A stretch of DNA of 62,983 nucleotides, the filler included, from Octopus bimaculoides (lineage: Eukaryota), in the NCBI RefSeq assembly GCF_001194135.2. It is 5 parts of 4 records of this genome, joined end to end, with 100 filler letters (N's around TTAATTAATTAA, not from the genome) between each part and the next. Parts side by side here need not be neighbours in the genome. Positions count along the whole stretch, not along the records: positions 51,447 to 62,983 come from NC_068983.1; 4 more parts are not named here. One strand, 5' to 3'. The notes under the pieces were generated by a model. The model did not search any database and was not told the origin of the DNA. It saw nothing but the letters and a program-made list of their open reading frames with translations. Of the stretch, positions 53,445-62,983 are shown piece after piece; position 1 is the stretch's first letter; every line of letters begins with the position of its first letter. The position numbers were made by a program, and so were the translations under genes.

Positions 53445-53725
53445 ATCCTTTCTACTATAAGCACAAGGCCTGAAATTTGTGAGAGGGAGCTAGTCGATTT
53501 CATCGACCCCAGTGCGTAACTGCTACTTATTTAATCTACCCCGAAAGGATGAAAAGCAAAATCGACCCTGGTGAAATTTGAACTCAGAACGATAACAATA
53601 ATTATTTCTAGTATAGGCACAAAGCCTGAGATTTGGTACGAGGGGTTAGTCGATTAACATCGTCCCCAGTTTCTCAGCTGGTACTTATTTAATCGATCCC
53701 GAAGGGATGAAAAGCAAGGTCGATC
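53445..53725 (-). mobile_element. Two tandem family A SINE fragments
   Basis: Two successive TACTATAAGCACAAGGCCTGAAATTTG...ATCGACCCCAG...CCCGAAAGGATGAAAAGCAA units. Confidence 0.8.
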
Positions 53726-54608
53726 TTCTCGAAAATATACGCTGTGATTTTCAAGTGCAAACCTCATTACAACACAATTCGCACACACATGTTCACAAAC
53801 ACACACAAATACCCACACAGACACACAATCACATCCACACAACCACTCACACACACACGTATATAGGTACGTGTGTATGTATAAATATACACACACAGTT
53901 ATATAGATACGTACACACATATATACATACACATACGTACATGAAAGTATGCATACATACATACATACATACATGCATACATACACACAAACATAAATGC
54001 ATACAAGCATACATATACATACATACACATATACACGAACGTACATAGATACACACACATATATACACACACATACATAGACACACATACATACACATAT
54101 ACACACACATACATACATACATACATACATACATACATACATTTATAATACATACATACATAATGCATGCATACATATATAAATACATACATACATACAT
54201 ACATAATACATACATACATACATACATACATGCGTACATATATACCCTTTGAAATTTCATTAAGATTTGGTCTGACAATCTGGAATATTGGTTATCCCGC
54301 AAGATTGTCTCTGAAGGGAGCAAAATAAAAGCAAATTGGGTCTTTAGTTTGTGTTCCTTGTCTACTTGAGATTTCACTTGACTTTCAATAGATGTATTTG
54401 TTTAGTTTTAGGTTTTGTCCTTTATTTTTAGAAACAATTTATTTATTAATTTTGTGTTTTGTTTTAGTTTTCCATCTTTCACTTTTACATACAATTACAT
54501 ATCCATGTAGCTAAATATATATACATGTATATATGCATGTATGTATGTATGTATGAACGCATATGCACATATAAAACGCAAACATACACACACACACACA
54601 CACACACA

Positions 54609-54682
<74 letters not shown>

Positions 54683-55185
54683 CACGTGTGGATGTATGTG
54701 GATACATATATATATATAAAGACATATAATTATATATACATATATATATATATACATGCATATATAAAGACATATAATTATATATACATACATATATATA
54801 TGTATATATACGTATGTAAAGATATATATAAATGTGTATGTATATGTATATGTATGTCTATATACACATACATTTGTTGGGTCCTACTTTTAATTATCTT
54901 GCGATCCGTTTCCATCAGCCGATCTTTTTATGTCTATCATCATGCATATTAATCTTTCTGTATCACATTGCTACATCTCCCCTTGATTTAGTCGCATTCA
55001 GTCCTAATCCTTTCCCAATCTCTTAAGATTACGTACTTTCACCATCACATACGCATAGAAAAAAAGAAAAACGAAACCATCTTGATTTACATTTGGCTAA
55101 CACGAAGAACAAGTAAAAGTAAAAAAAAAAAAAAGGATTAAACGAATGAAAACAAAAAGAATTAAGAAAATATTAAAATACGTAC

Positions 55186-55332
<147 letters not shown>

Positions 55333-55630
55333 AGGTAAGGAGAATCAATAGAATGCAACTTACTAATATTAGAAAGTCTCCTTTTTGCTCTAATACATTC
55401 TTCCCCAGCCTCCTTTCCGCCCATCACCCCATCTATTATCATATAATGATGTATCTTTCTAATTAATTGTGCGAGTACTTACTCCTGACTCCAACCGCCG
55501 GTGTTAAAAAGAGGGTTTTTACCATATGTTTTATGTTAATTGAAAGCTCACTCACATAAGCAGCAGAAGGTATAGTAAAAGTGCGGTGCGTGTTGTTGGG
55601 GTATTGTTTGTGGTCCTTATGGTGGCGACA

Positions 55631-55669
<39 letters not shown>

Positions 55670-56060
55670 GGGGTGGTGGTGGTGCTGCTGCTGCTGCTTC
55701 TGCTACTGCTGCTGCTACTGGTGCTGGTGGCGGCGGCAATGGCAACGGCGTATGTGGTGGCATGTCTGGGATCGGAACGTTACATACTTTCACCCAACTT
55801 TTACAATTTTTTTATCTCTCTGATACGATATTGATTTATTAAGTTAATAATTCGCCTTGTCATCAAGCCTTGTTTACAATTATCTCTTTCTTATTGTTTC
55901 TCTTATATCATCTTTTTATTATTAGGAATTCCTTTTATGCTTATTCCTATGCTTTTATTTTGTTTACACAAGCGCACGCGCATATTCTTTTGTCTCCTAT
56001 CAACCATTAATTTCTTAATTTCCTTTGTTACCGTTGTTGTTGTTGTTGTCGTCGTCGTCG

Positions 56061-56092
<32 letters not shown>

Positions 56093-56658
56093 ATTGCCCT
56101 TTTCCAGTCACAGTTATTATATTCACTTCTTATATGCACCATTTTCTAATGAGCAATAACAGATTCTGAAGTCTGTCAAAGGTAGTTTTGCAATCTATCG
56201 ATATTAGACTAGTAAACTCTCTAGCAAAGTACCATTTGATGGTAAAACGAAATGATATGACATTATTTCTTGTATCACTTGATCACATTACAGTAATATT
56301 TTCTTTTCATTTCATGTTCATTTTCATCCGTCTTAATTTATATATTTATTTATTTATTCATCTATTTCTGGTTTTGTTTTGATAAGATGCTCGTTGTTTT
56401 CTTTTTGTAATTGTTTTTTGTTATATTTAGCAATTTTCCTCTAATATTGTGATTCGATGGTTCAATGTGAATAAACTTAGCCAAATGACAAAGATTAAGG
56501 TCATATTATTTATTGCTGACATCTAATTCTTTCTTCTGACCTTTTCTGTGTCCTGTTTTGCTCATATTATTGCCGTAATAGCGACTTTTGTTGGCGATTC
56601 TATTATTACCACTGTTACAACTGTTGTTCTTATTACTCTTGTCATAGTTTAGCTTCAA

Positions 56659-57040
56659 GGTGGAGGCGCAATGGTCCAGTGGTTAGGGCAGCGGACTCAT
56701 TGGTCATAGGATCGCGGTTTCGATTCCCAGACCGGCGTTGTGAGTGTTTATTGAGCGAAAACACCTAAAACACCACGAGGCTCCGGCAGGGGATGGTGGC
56801 GAACCCTGCTGTACTCTTTCACCACAACTTTCTCTCACTCTTACTTCCTGTTTCTGTTGTGCCTGTAATTCAAAGGGCCAGCCTTGTCACACTGTGTCAC
56901 GCTGAATATCCCCGAGAACTACGTTAAGGGCAAACGTGTCTGTGGAGTGCTCAACCACTTGCACGTTAATTTCACGAGCAGGCTGTTCCGTTGATCGGAT
57001 CAACTGGAACCCTCGACGTCGTAAGCGACGGAGTGCCAAC
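56659..57040 (+). mobile_element. Full-length tRNA-derived SINE (family B) with 13-bp TSD
   Basis: TSD AGTTTAGCTTCAA at 56646-56658 and 57041-57053; A-box TGGTCCAGTGG, B-box GGTTTCGATTCC. Confidence 0.92.
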
Positions 57041-57489
57041 AGTTTAGCTTCAAATTAACGTTAATAGAATAGATCAAAGGCGTTCCAGCCTTGACCATAC
57101 CGTCTTATTTTGGTGGAATGCAGAACTAGTTAACTTCACTCCCGTTCTCGATGTTGTGATAAGAAGCTTACTTCCCAACCTCGTGCTATCAGGTTCAGTC
57201 TCAGTGTATGTCACTTCACCGGTAAATGCATTTTCGAGCTGCTTGCTTAAGTTCTGCATGAAAAATGCGTTCTTTTCCGAAAATACCCACTCTTTCTTTT
57301 ACTTGTTTGCTTCATTGGTGGCGATGTCACGCCTTATTTTCCTCTTGACCTTACATGTTTCATATGCTTGCAACAAGAACTCCACACAATCCCAAATACC
57401 TACCTATACACATGTATACATACATACATACATACATACATACATTCATACAATCATACATACATACATACATACATACATACATACAT

Positions 57490-57648
57490 GTTGGGGCATT
57501 GGGATATGTAACGAACTGCCTCAACAAAAACCTGGAAAAATTAGGGTTCTCAAAAGCTGAAAGAAAAAGGTTGATTAGAAGACTACAGATTCAAGCCATC
57601 AAGGGAACTGTAAAGATATGTAAAACTTTCCAAAAGTTTAGCACATAA
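57490..57648 (+). mobile_element. Extreme 3' end of RLE-type LINE, same family as 26382-26880
   Basis: VGALGYVTNCLNKNLEKLGFSKAERKRLIRRLQIQAIKGTVKICKTFQKFST* overlaps GALGYVTHCRNTNLEKLGFSK of the 26-kb copy. Confidence 0.8.
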
Positions 57649-57803
57649 ATACATATGCATATGCCTAGACATGAAAATATATACATAAAAACGCATCCAT
57701 AAAACAAACATACAAATCTGCGCATAAATACATATGCATACGCCTAGACATGAAAATATATACATAAAAACGCATCCATAAAACAAACATACAAATCTGC
57801 GCA
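57644..57803 (+). repeat. 79-bp tandem duplication
   Basis: CATAAATACATATGCATA(T/C)GCCTAGACATGAAAATATATACATAAAAACGCATCCATAAAACAAACATACAAATCTGCG twice (starts 57644, 57723). Confidence 0.9.
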
Positions 57804-57850
57804 TACACTAACACCAAATACTGCACACACACGCACATATGCACAAATAC

Positions 57851-58190
57851 CTAGATGATGTTGAGTCCAGTGAAAGATGTGTACATTCTGCTGCATAATG
57901 TACAGCTGTGCAGGCTGGCGGAAGGAACAGGTGCCACAATATGAATTCTTTTGACATACCTTTTCAATTCTCCAATTGAGAGGTACACCTTTCCACAGGT
58001 TGCAAAAGTTCTGTTGTGAACAATAGCCATATCACAATTTACAATGGATCGATTCCTGTGGGTTCTCTAATGGCTGACCAGACCCACACGACACAAGCAC
58101 CTCCTCCCACAAGCCACACACACACACAAAACAACACTCCCTCATTTTCCACAGGCTCATTCCTTCTGAGCCTTCTCTCAATCTTTTCGG
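57851..58190 (-). mobile_element. Degenerate three-C2H2-finger coding relic, probably RTE-clade LINE C-terminus
   Basis: Minus frame: CVACGRRCLCRVGLVSH*RTH...RTFATCGKVYLSIGELKRYVKRIH...SCTLCSRMYTSFTGLNII*; first finger matches the RTE-type C..CGR.C.SR.GL.SH.R.H pattern; no TGEKPY linkers. Confidence 0.65.
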
Positions 58191-58516
58191 GCTTCATTTT
58201 CTTATTCATACGTACAATTTCTCATACATAGATACATACATACACACTCATACGTTAACGGAAACTGGGGACCTTTGAATCAAAACTCCTCATTGTCGCT
58301 GAGGCTGATTTTGACAACTCAGAGTTACGATTCAAGAATCTATATCGTTAAATAAAATGCATCCACTCCACTTTAGGTACTGAGTACAATTTTTAATTTC
58401 TAAAATTAAATGATTTGAATATATGTCTTTTAATGTATAATATGCATGCTCACGAACATACATTCTCAACATTCATGCACATCCATACATACCTACAAAC
58501 ATTGATATGCATATCC

Positions 58517-58576
<60 letters not shown>

Positions 58577-58709
58577 GCCTGCCTGTCTGTCTGTCTATCT
58601 ACTTGTATATATGGTTAGTCAATAAAACATATACCAGAGAAGAACCACACCCTAAAGAATAGAGCAGTAATTATTAAAACGAAAAGTTAAATTCTGATCA
58701 TAAAGTTAC

Positions 58710-58762
58710 CAAAGACTTCGTATCCACGAAAGCCACAGGCTTATGGACAACTCGTCAGATTC
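58710..58762 (-). ncRNA. Decayed hammerhead-like relic at PLE 3' end
   Basis: Minus: CTGACGA-GTTGTCCA-T-AAGCC(TGT)GGCTT-TCG-TGGATAC-GAA-GTC; AC of GAAAC missing and stem I unpaired. Confidence 0.35.
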
Positions 58763-58899
58763 AATACAAAGACAAACAGAAAATTAAGCTTTCTACCATG
58801 TGGACGTGAAGAAACGCTCAGATATCGAGATTTAACGGTTAACGTATAAAAGCGTTAAAGAGGATGGGTTATCTCCCCTAGACCAGAGGCTAAAAAACC

Positions 58900-60390
58900 T
58901 TTACAGATCCAAAATAGCCTAACCAGCAATTATTCAACGCTCCAAGTATAATCCTTAAGAATTTTGATTCTCTCCGCGATGCAGATTTTGAAACGGTCAC
59001 TCTCATTAATATATGGACCTGGATGATCTATTTTCCACCTGGTATCGCATGGGTCCCTTGATCTTTGAGGTGCTACAGATAGTTGGTCAGAAACGTGACA
59101 AAACGTCTTTCTGAAACTCTAAAAGATGACTGGTGGTTGCAGAAGCGACGTTTGAAAGATGCACTGGCCGATCCGTTATATTTACAAACTTGGGCTGTGG
59201 CTATATTCGCACTCTTGGTATATCTCTGGTAGGCTCTCGGCCTGGGGATGTTGTTGGTAACACCGTTGCTGACGTCTTCGATATGACGCAACTATGCGGA
59301 AATGTTATCGCCGTTGTTATCGTTTCTGGTCATATGGTTGGCGATGTAGCTGCCAGCTTAGTGTGGATGCAGCTGATGATGACATATGGTGCAGTACCGG
59401 TCATCCCATCGGTGTCGATGATAATTGTTTGGTCATCGTCTGTGGTGGTGGTACTGGGGAAGCCGGATGCCTCCCCTGTGTTGCTGGTCCTAGATTGGTC
59501 ATCATCTATAGGTGTGGCAATTGTACTAGTGGTAACATATGGTGCGGGCCTAGTCCCTCTATTGCTGTCGATGTTAATGGTTTTTTCATCATCTGTGGTC
59601 GTAGTACTGGGATCGTCGGTTACCTCCTCCGTATGGCTGGTCCCAAGCTGGTCCTTATCTCTAGATGTAGCGAATGTACTGGTGTGAGACCTGGTTAATC
59701 TGATATTATTGCTGTTTGATGGTACACTACTGGTAATGCGGATAGCAGGTAAAGGTGTCACTGCAGCTTCATAGATGACTCCTTCGGCCTACTGAACAGT
59801 TATTGAAAACCCTGCAAGCACAACCTGCCTCCACCCTTGTATTGTGAGCGCCTGTTAAAATGCTTTTTATGTTAGGTGCACAACTAAAGGTGACTCTTAG
59901 TTTGTGCTTGTTAAATAACTGCTTGTATTTATGTGTGCGTGTGAAATGTTTATCTATTAACTTAAGGAAAATCCCTACCACACAAGTCTTGACGTTGAGC
60001 GAGAACGGTGGAGCAAACCAAACGACGTTTTTTGTGGCGCTTCCTTTTCCGGGTGCTAGGCCTTGGCATGTAAGAGATGCGGTCCTTAAACCCACTCGAT
60101 GCCAGTGCCTCGTTGTAGTAGGGAGCAGCGGCGTCGAAGATATCTTGACTAAAGGAGAAATTCGAGATCCTCTTGCTTACACCCTTCACTAGGTTCTTAA
60201 AAACTATAGGTGGGGTAGGAAGTTGTGCTAATATAGGAAAGCCTCTCGCTTGGCCTTTGATAGGGCCTCTATGGTGTGTACCAGAGCCCAGATCTAAAGT
60301 AACATCTGGGAATCTACTGTGGTGAGATTAGTCTCAATGGCAATCTTGGGTCCCATTGAGCCTAGGGCGCTAATTACTTCCTTTCTAAAT
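58900..60390 (-). mobile_element. Penelope-like element relic (RT thumb + GIY-YIG) with ~590-nt spacer inside the endonuclease
   Basis: FRKEVISALGSMGPKIAIETNLTTVD..DVTLDL; KGVSKRISNFS...PYYNEALASSGF; VWFAPPFSLNVKT...FLKLIDKHF...KQLFN; CACRVFNNC; VIYEAAVT (59771-59779); YNGSASASFKRRFCNHQSSF (from 59180); *HLKDQGTPCDTRWKI...PY...KICIAERIKIL. Confidence 0.88.
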
Positions 60391-60685
60391 CTATCTTGTG
60401 TGTGCTCATTGAAATATGTATATGTGTATATTTGCGTTTATATATGTATATACATATAAATGTATGTATGGACAGATGTATATACATACATATACACACA
60501 TATATACATACATGCGCGCATACACACACGCAAACACATACACACACGCACACACGTGCGCGCCCACATACACACAGATTGTGCATACATTAAACATTAT
60601 TACGCATTTTATAAAATTAGATATTTCGTATTACGAATTATTTAACATAGATTTCTACATGTCTCTTTATATATTTGTGTATGTG

Positions 60686-60737
<52 letters not shown>

Positions 60738-60776
60738 CGCACCCAAACACACACATATTATGCATATACAGTAGTA

Positions 60777-61122
60777 GTGAAGGCGTATGGCTCAGTGGTT
60801 AGAGCGTCAAGCTTACAATCGTGAAGTTGTGAGTTTGATTCCCGGATCGGTCTGCATGTCGTGTTCTTGAGCAAGACACTTTATTTCACGTTGCTCCAGT
60901 CAACTCAGCTGTAGAAATGAGTTGCGACATCGCTGGTGCTAAGCTGTATCGGTCTTTGCCTTTCCCTTGGATAACATCCGTGGTGTGGAGACGGGGGGCT
61001 TGGTATGCATGGGCTACTGCTGGCCTTCCACAAAGAACCTTACCCGAACTAGTGCCACGGGGGGGGGAGATTTCTAGGTGCAGTCCCATAATCATTCATG
61101 ACCGAAGAGGGTCTCCTCCTTT
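60777..61122 (+). mobile_element. tRNA-derived SINE (family C, CORE-like central domain) with 10-bp TSD
   Basis: TSD TACAGTAGTA at 60767-60776 and 61123-61132; A-box TGGCTCAGTGG, B-box AGTTTGATTCC, GTTCTTGAGCAAGACACTT segment. Confidence 0.88.
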
Positions 61123-62208
61123 TACAGTAGTACCTCGGTTTTCGAAAAACTCTGATCACGAATAAATCGTGCTTTATACATACATATATATATATATATA
61201 NNNNNNNNNNNNNNNNNNNNNNNNNNNNNNNNNNNNNNNNNNNNNNNNNNNNNNNNNNNNNNNNNNNNNNNNNNNNNNNNNNNNNNNNNNNNNNNNNNNN
61301 NNNNNNNNNNNNNNNNNNNNNNNNNNNNNNNNNNNNNNNNNNNNNNNNNNNNNNNNNNNNNNNNNNNNNNNNNNNNNNNNNNNNNNNNNNNNNNNNNNNN
61401 NNNNNNNNNNNNNNNNNNNNNNNNNNNNNNNNNNNNNNNNNNNNNNNNNNNNNNNNNNNNNNNNNNNNNNNNNNNNNNNNNNNNNNNNNNNNNNNNNNNN
61501 NNNNNNNNNNNNNNNNNNNNNNNNNNNNNNNNNNNNNNNNNNNNNNNNNNNNNNNNNNNNNNNNNNNNNNNNNNNNNNNNNNNNNNNNNNNNNNNNNNNN
61601 NNNNNNNNNNNNNNNNNNNNNNNNNNNNNNNNNNNNNNNNNNNNNNNNNNNNNNNNNNNNNNNNNNNNNNNNNNNNNNNNNNNNNNNNNNNNNNNNNNNN
61701 NNNNNNNNNNNNNNNNNNNNNNNNNNNNNNNNNNNNNNNNNNNNNNNNNNNNNNNNNNNNNNNNNNNNNNNNNNNNNNNNNNNNNNNNNNNNNNNNNNNN
61801 NNNNNNNNNNNNNNNNNNNNNNNNNNNNNNNNNNNNNNNNNNNNNNNNNNNNNNNNNNNNNNNNNNNNNNNNNNNNNNNNNNNNNNNNNNNNNNNNNNNN
61901 NNNNNNNNNNNNNNNNNNNNNNNNNNNNNNNNNNNNNNNNNNNNNNNNNNNNNNNNNNNNNNNNNNNNNNNNNNNNNNNNNNNNNNNNNNNNNNNNNNNN
62001 NNNNNNNNNAGGAGGAGGAGGAGGAGGAGGAGGAGGAGGAGGAAGAGAATGACGTTGGTGATCATCATCATTAGCATCAACCTCACCACCAAAAATACCA
62101 CTATTACCAACACCATCACCGTCACTGCCACCACCAACATCACCATCACGATTATCGTCATCGTCGTTGACATCGTAATCATATCATCATAATCATCATC
62201 ATCATCAA

Positions 62209-62253
<45 letters not shown>

Positions 62254-62749
62254 GATAATTATCATCATCCTTATCCTCATCATCATCACCCTCGTCGTCG
62301 TCATCATCATCGTCATCATCAACCATCATCATCTTTATTATTTCATAATTTTAATACGTATGTTGGTTGACAGTAAAGAAATTGCCTAAGAAATTAATTT
62401 ATAGATTATATATATAAAAAAAAAGGATATTAATTATTTATTTATATAATCCAAAAGAAAATAGAAAGGCAAAAAGGAACATACCCAAAATAAATATCGA
62501 AAATTTCACATTGGAACAAACAGCAATAATTACACAAAAATTACTAATGACTACACTATGTGGTATTATCATCAAATATTACTTATGCAGAGATTAATTC
62601 AAGACTCATTATTACGCATTGATATTTATTTGATGATATATAGATATTTTATATATGATTATATATATATATATAGTTATACATGTGTGAGTGTGTGTGT
62701 TTGTATTTATATATATATATATATATATGGGAGAATGTACGAAAAAACA

Positions 62750-62983
62750 ACAGACGAGGACAGGTGGTGTAAATAACAAAAGGATGTATTAGTATGACGC
62801 TCGGTAATACGGAAAATCTTTGACGTTTCGAGCTACGCTCTTCAACAGAAAGAATACGGAGACAAGGAGAAAAACACGGAGAAAAAAAATTGAATAGTGT
62901 TCAGTCAACGGTTAATCATAGTAATGGCTAACCGGAAGTTAGAAATTTTTTTTCAGGAGAGCTAAGAAAAGGGGGAGATAACA
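62750..62983 (-). mobile_element. PLE terminal region (pseudo-LTR-like), continues beyond window
   Basis: Colinear similarity to 42560-42660 (GACAGGTG...AACAA...TATTA.T.TG.CGCTCGG...GGAAA..TC.TT.A.GTTTCGAGC). Confidence 0.65.
62817..62853 (-). ncRNA. Apparently intact minimal type I hammerhead ribozyme with variant CUGUUGA core
   Basis: Minus: TCTTT-CTGTTGA-A-GAGC(GTA)GCTC-GAAA-CG-TC-AAAGA: 5-bp stem I, 4-bp stem II, palindromic ACGT stem III, GUC triplet (predicted cut between 62822 and 62821). Confidence 0.8.

Noticed and set aside
56659-56735. tRNA-like heads (also 24345-24418, 60777-60850)
   Set aside because: They have A/B boxes but continue into SINE bodies with TSDs; no intact cloverleaf supported.
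59133-59698. 184-aa and 134-aa plus-strand hydrophobic ORFs
   Set aside because: Antisense shadow of the minus-strand PLE insert.

Overview
AT-rich eukaryotic genomic DNA, saturated with microsatellites and broken by many N gaps. The SINE families and repeat landscape suggest a cephalopod, probably Octopus (inference). No host protein-coding gene can be confidently identified; almost all ORF-track entries are microsatellite or N artefacts. The recognisable content is decayed mobile DNA: (1) four Penelope-like retroelement (PLE) relics with RT and/or GIY-YIG endonuclease motifs (7.3, 32.8, 42.8 and 58.9 kb) plus two PLE end fragments (24.7 and 62.8 kb); (2) minimal type I hammerhead-ribozyme motifs associated with those PLEs, two of which carry a U at core position 6 (CUGUUGA/CUGUCGA) and one of which (62817-62853, minus) looks intact; (3) three 3' fragments of restriction-like-endonuclease (R4/Dong/NeSL-type) LINEs sitting next to microsatellites; (4) an RTE-like 3' end with three C2H2 fingers that the ORF track missed; (5) a DD37D (maT) transposase relic, a mariner deletion derivative and a ~270-bp foldback; (6) many tRNA-derived SINEs with modular tails, three with clear target-site duplications. 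The most unusual observation is the PLE at 58.9-60.4 kb, whose GIY and YIG motifs are separated by ~590 nt of mostly open Thr/Asp/Ser-rich sequence containing an in-frame 153-bp duplication. All assignments come from manual motif reading, not database searches.
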